Positions 60,101-64,000 of a stretch of 64,000 nt of DNA are shown piece after piece. Under the pieces are notes generated by a model. That model was given only the letters and a program-made list of their open reading frames with translations, searched no databases and was not told the DNA's origin. Source of the stretch: Amoebophrya sp. A120 (Eukaryota > Protista > Dinoflagellata); NCBI GenBank assembly GCA_905178155.1, contig CAJINV010000010.1, forward strand, positions 1,440,094-1,504,093. Reading direction: 5' to 3'. A program made the translations under genes and the position numbers. The first letter of the stretch is position 1, and each line of letters begins with the position of its first letter.

Positions 60101-60503
60101 CAGAAAGTCCACTATTCCAGCAAATTAGCAGCTGCTGGAGGGGATTTGGAGAAGGAAACTGGTTTGAAGGAGGCATATGAAATGCAAAAGTGTCTGGGTC
60201 TGGAAGAATGCGACTTGTGATGCTGCGTTTGGATTCCAAAAAAAATTGTATTGCATGAGTAGCAAAGGGAATGTAATTTTTTTTTACGCGGATAGGGAAT
60301 TTGTCATGCGAAATAGGCATCAAGAACCCCTCGCAAAGTCTGTGATGCTACGGCATGCATCATAGACATCATGGCTCATGCAAAACGTGCATGACAAGTC
60401 TCAGAATCTCCCAAACCCAGACATTTTTGCATTTGATAAAGCATCGGGAAAATCAAGTCCGGCTGTGGAAGTGTCTGCGGCCATCGGTGACAAGATGATG
60501 TAG
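51189..60503 (+). CDS. Full-size ABCG/PDR-type transporter (NBD-TMD-NBD-TMD), 15 introners plus 1 GT-AG intron
   Basis: GPSGSGKT/LSGGQ and GPSGAGKT/LSEGQ/LFLDEPTTGLD/TIHQPS motifs. One continuous frame to TAG 60501-60503 after removing every element plus one 5-bp repeat and intron 56945-57046. Confidence 0.92.
52318..52474. mobile_element. Introner family A in ABCG
   Basis: DR CTTTC. Confidence 0.9.
52533..52683. mobile_element. Introner family A in ABCG
   Basis: DR TGAAC. Confidence 0.9.
53440..53708. mobile_element. Introner family E in ABCG
   Basis: DR TTTCG/CTTCG. Confidence 0.9.
53974..54283. mobile_element. Introner family F in ABCG
   Basis: DR ACTCC. Confidence 0.9.
54868..55145. 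mobile_element. Introner family B in ABCG Walker B/D-loop
   Basis: DR AGCCG/AGCCA; removal gives LDEPTTGLD. Confidence 0.93.
55252..55508. mobile_element. Introner family B in ABCG H-loop
   Basis: DR CAACC; removal gives TIHQPS. Confidence 0.93.
56554..56771. mobile_element. Introner family C in ABCG
   Basis: DR GATGG/CATCG. Confidence 0.85.
57088..57295. mobile_element. Introner family H in ABCG
   Basis: DR TTCTC. Confidence 0.9.
57395..57705. mobile_element. Introner family F in ABCG
   Basis: DR CGCCG. Confidence 0.9.
57780..57924. mobile_element. Introner family A in ABCG
   Basis: DR TCTCA. Confidence 0.9.
58034..58291. mobile_element. Introner family B in ABCG
   Basis: DR TGAAC/CGAAC. 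Confidence 0.9.
58387..59524. mobile_element. Introner family B in ABCG, expanded by a nested Helitron-like insertion
   Basis: B-type TIRs 1138 bp apart; DR ATGAA/GCGAA; removal gives GFTGNEAMDTIH. Confidence 0.88.
58532..59399 (+). mobile_element. Non-autonomous Helitron-like element nested in a family B introner
   Basis: Inserted between A and T with no TSD (CATGCAGGA|TAGG); AT-rich 5' end TTACTATCTATTATA; 3' hairpin GCTCCGGC-GTTA-GCCGGAGC (59372-59391) followed by terminal CTGG (CTRR). Confidence 0.75.
59598..59876. mobile_element. Introner family E in ABCG
   Basis: DR AACTT. Confidence 0.9.
59934..60089. mobile_element. Introner family A in ABCG
   Basis: DR TGTTT. Confidence 0.9.
60176..60438. 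mobile_element. Introner family B in ABCG
   Basis: DR AGGCA/AAGCA. Confidence 0.9.
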
Positions 60504-61597
60504 CAATGTAAGTAAAAGTCAGAGCTTCCCGTAAAAATTTGCTAGTACCCAATGTTTATACGTTTACCAAAAATACCACGATGAACACGACAAGTGCTCG
60601 CTTTTTTACAACTACCCCTTATTATCAACCTGGCCATCAATCCTGATTTTTTATCATATCTTTCTCGTCTTTGTGCCCTCGTGTTTCGGTTTTCCCGAAC
60701 ACAGCAACAGCTTTGCTGGGCACTCTTGATCACCTGCTTTTCATGCACAGTGTGGTGCACGGTGCAATAGTTGCATTTCGATATTGCAACTTCTTGCAGC
60801 CTACATTTTTTATTTTTTTCATTCTTTTACCGTCTTTAGTGAGTTCTTGTTTATCTTGTTTGTACGACAGATATTGAATGGATACGACTGCGGTCGACCA
60901 GATCGCACGATTTTTTCTTGATGTTAGAACTCTGTGTAGCCTTGTACGATAGTTGTCGTACCTCAACATCATTTTCCGATGCTCATCTCGTTTGTTAAAA
61001 AGTTGAGGTGGGTGTCACATCCATAAAGCAAAACTTCAGGAGCTGCATATGGGACGAATGCGAAACTATTGATGCTAAGTAGCTTTTTCTGCAACTTCTG
61101 TATGATAGAGCTTGTCCGATTCGTGTACAATCATGCTATGGTAGTTAAAAACAGAATCTACCAGCAACACCACTGTGTACAATTTTCTATCATGCAACGC
61201 AGACGATGACGAACCAGCACAACATTTCACTCATTGACAGCATGCGCTGGTGCTGGAGCTGCAAAGACGGCAATTATCAGAAATTTTGAGTCTGTTCCGC
61301 CTTGTTCACAGATATTAGAATTGGAAGCGCGATAGATTTGAGGCAATGTTGACCACCTTTTCGTGCAGGAAGCTTAATAAGCACCACAGGTAGAATTAAA
61401 ATTCTGCCAGCATCGTCCTCCCGATAGAGGTTCTATTCCGGTCGGTTCTGAATCTGATTCTGAATCCGTGTCTTTATTTGTTTTTCGGAATGAAAAGAAA
61501 GTATAACCTACTTACAATCAGCAAAGCACTACCTAGCCGAGAATATCAAGACAAGACAGCTCACAATTTTTACCTGAACACCCAACGCCAGATCAAG

Positions 61598-63996
61598 ATG
61601 ATCGCACAGCAGCAACCGCCTCAGCCCTTGCAAAAGAACGAGCAGGCTGGTGGCTCCTCCCCTTCCAAAACCCCGAAGAGCGCGGGTGATGCAACCCCCA
61701 CGGCCGCGGGTGGATCATCAGCTGCTCAGACCGGTGGAGGCGCAGCTGCTTCGAAAAAGGTCGATTTGACGAACTTTACCGATGACAAACTGCGGGAGCT
61801 GATCGTCAAGGCGTTGGAGAGGACGAAGCGCGCGGAGAAGCAAATCGAGCAGCTGAAGACGGAATTGGAGGAAAGCAAGAAAAATGCAGTTGCTGGCGGT
61901 GCAAGAACTGATGCAACAAGCAAGACCGCCGAAGAAAAGCAAGCCGAAAAAGCCGAAGCCCTGCGGAAGGAAGCCGAGCTTCTTGCGAGTTTGAAGAAGA
62001 AACAGGAGGAGGAACTGAAGAGCATTCTCGACGAATTTCTCAAAAAGCAAAGCACGGAGAAAGCCGAGTTCGAAGCGAGATTGAAAAAGCTGAAGCAATT
62101 GAAATCATCCGCGGAAGAGGATTTGAAGCTGCAAGAAAGGGCGAAAAAGCGACGCAAGCTGCAGAAGCAGGTGAATTTACTTGTGGAGAGGGAGAGGAGT
62201 GGCTTGGAAGAAGAGAAGGCGAAAGAGGAGGAGCAGCTGAAAGTTGAATTGGCAGAACTAGAGAAGGAATGGGAGGAGAAAGTTAGGGTTCTTGCAAGTA
62301 GTGAAGACGCAGCTGGAAACAAGGAAATCCAAAGCGGTGAACAACAAACTGCTGCTGCTGCTGTCTTGGAGGCCTTGCAAGACAAACTACTCTCCTTGCA
62401 GAGCGAGGTCGACAGTTTGAAAAAACAAAAGGAGGCGCTAGAAACCGAGTTAGTAGAGAAGCAGTCTGGCATCGCGACATTGGAAGAGGAAAAGAAGTGC
62501 AAAAGTGCAGCTGGCGAAACAGAACAATCGGGACCTCCAGCTGCCCCACCTCCACCACCACCTCCCCTCCACACAACATCTTCCACAGACAAGAAGGCAG
62601 AGGAAAAACTAAACCAGCTCAAAACCGCAATAAACAAGTTGGCATTAACCGCGGAGGAAATTTCAGGGGCGACGGCGGATTCGCTTCTCGCTTTGTCCAA
62701 CGAGTACGCCGATGTATTGGAGCAAGGTCTCTCTATTTCCGCAGCTGCGGCGGCCGCTGCAGAAACTACTACAGAATCCACTGCGTCCACCGGTACTAGA
62801 AGTCAACCGCTAGATTTCGAATCCGCATCCGTCCACTCCCTCGAGCAAAAACTTCAAAAAGTCAACGACCAACTCGCGGACCAGGAGGAAATAACAGCCA
62901 CGATTTCTGATTCCAACAAGGAGTTAAAAGATAGCCTTATCACGAGTACCAGCAACGAGCACAAGAAGCTCCTCGCCAAGCACGAACAGGAGCTCACCGA
63001 CACGGACACGCTGTTGAAGCAACTGGAGTTGGAAAACTTAAAACTCGCCGACCAGCTGAAGTCCATCGAGACGAATACGCATGAGAACAAATCGAAAATT
63101 TTCTCCGAATTGGAGGAAGAGATGAAAGAAATCAACAGGAAGAGATTACTTGTCGAAGAGGAGAAAAGACAGCTCACCGCTGAATTATCCGACCTCGACG
63201 AGAAAAAGCAAAATCTCAAGGACACCATGTCGAAGTTGAAGGAAGAAATGTCGGCGTCAAACCAGAATTTGGAGCAAAACCAAAAGGAAATGAACGAAAT
63301 GCAGGAGTCTCTGCAAACGGTGTCCATGCAAATTGAGCTGACGAAGCAGAATCTGAAATCTTTACAGGAGGAAGACAGGTTGGACTTGGAGATTTTGCAG
63401 AAGGAGTGCGGAGACGCCGAGGTGGTGGTCGAGGTGGATTTTGAATCTGGGTTGGAACCGGAGCTGGAGAGACTGATTGAAGAGGCGAAGCAGGGAGAAG
63501 AGAGCGGTAGGTCTGTACTGTACGATGGTTGAGAATGTGAATGTGATGCGTGATTTTGATCAAATTCAGTGTACTTTGTCCTTCAACACTCAGAATCCCC
63601 GCTTGTTTTGAATCCTTATTCTAGTACTAACGCCCCTTTCAGATATACACTTTCACTTTTTATTTTTCAATTTCGCAGGAGCCAGCGGCGCACCCAAATC
63701 CCCCACACGACCACCTTCCGGTATCAAATCTCCGAAGCAAAAAACGACGACAACCTGGTCCTACGTCTACCACAGCGGGCGAAGGAAGGGCTACTGGGTC
63801 ACCCAGGAGACGTTGGAAAGGAGCAAGATGGCCGCTGGAGACAGCGATGATAAATGTAAATCAGCGAAACCGAAGATGTTGACCAAGCGGCTCCACGAAG
63901 ACTTTGAGTCTGGGTTTAAGAAGCTGCAGGAGGAGGAGAAAACGGCAAAAGAGGTCACGACAAAGACGAATTCCGAGGTGGACACACTACAGGCAG
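61598..63996 (+). CDS. Long coiled-coil (golgin-like) protein, continues beyond window
   Basis: E/K/L/Q-rich heptad ORF; GT-AG intron 63507-63678; frame stays open to 63996, where TATC may begin another introner. Confidence 0.75.
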
Positions 63997-64000
63997 TATC

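Noticed and set aside
414-60365. Recurring peptides in the ORF track such as SNANMSGSG, CAKVSYS, FQTQT and LPDPD
   Set aside because: They are translations of introner TIRs, not a protein repeat family or a transposase.
61726-63327. Long minus-strand ORFs (354 and 157 aa)
   Set aside because: They are antisense shadows of the coiled-coil gene (S/F/L-rich).

Overview
Eukaryotic genomic DNA, most consistent with a parasitic syndinian dinoflagellate of the Amoebophrya type. That assignment is inferred from gene architecture and was not checked against a database. About 11 protein-coding loci lie on the + strand. They include a tandem pair of secreted methyltransferase-like paralogues, a ~15 kb receiver-like/pseudokinase gene, a StrG-like 2OG-Fe(II) dioxygenase, a Cys-rich type I membrane protein, VPS20/CHMP6, a PDIA6/P5 disulfide isomerase, a full-size ABCG/PDR transporter and a golgin-like coiled-coil protein. 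The dominant signal is ~78 short elements (mostly 109-311 bp, about 12 families labelled A-L here). They interrupt coding sequence, start with TAT, end with ATA, carry terminal inverted repeats and are flanked by 5-bp direct repeats. Removing an element plus one repeat copy restores conserved reading frames, so they behave as non-canonical introns (introners). They sit in both orientations and share a repeated GCAT(G/C/T)ACAA motif with roughly helical spacing, which also occurs in the GT-AG introns. Secondary insertions are a Helitron-like element nested inside an introner, a fold-back MITE inside an intron, and a GC-rich insert flanked by a 44-bp direct repeat. Coordinates were counted by hand, and splice points within the 5-bp repeats cannot be fixed without transcripts.
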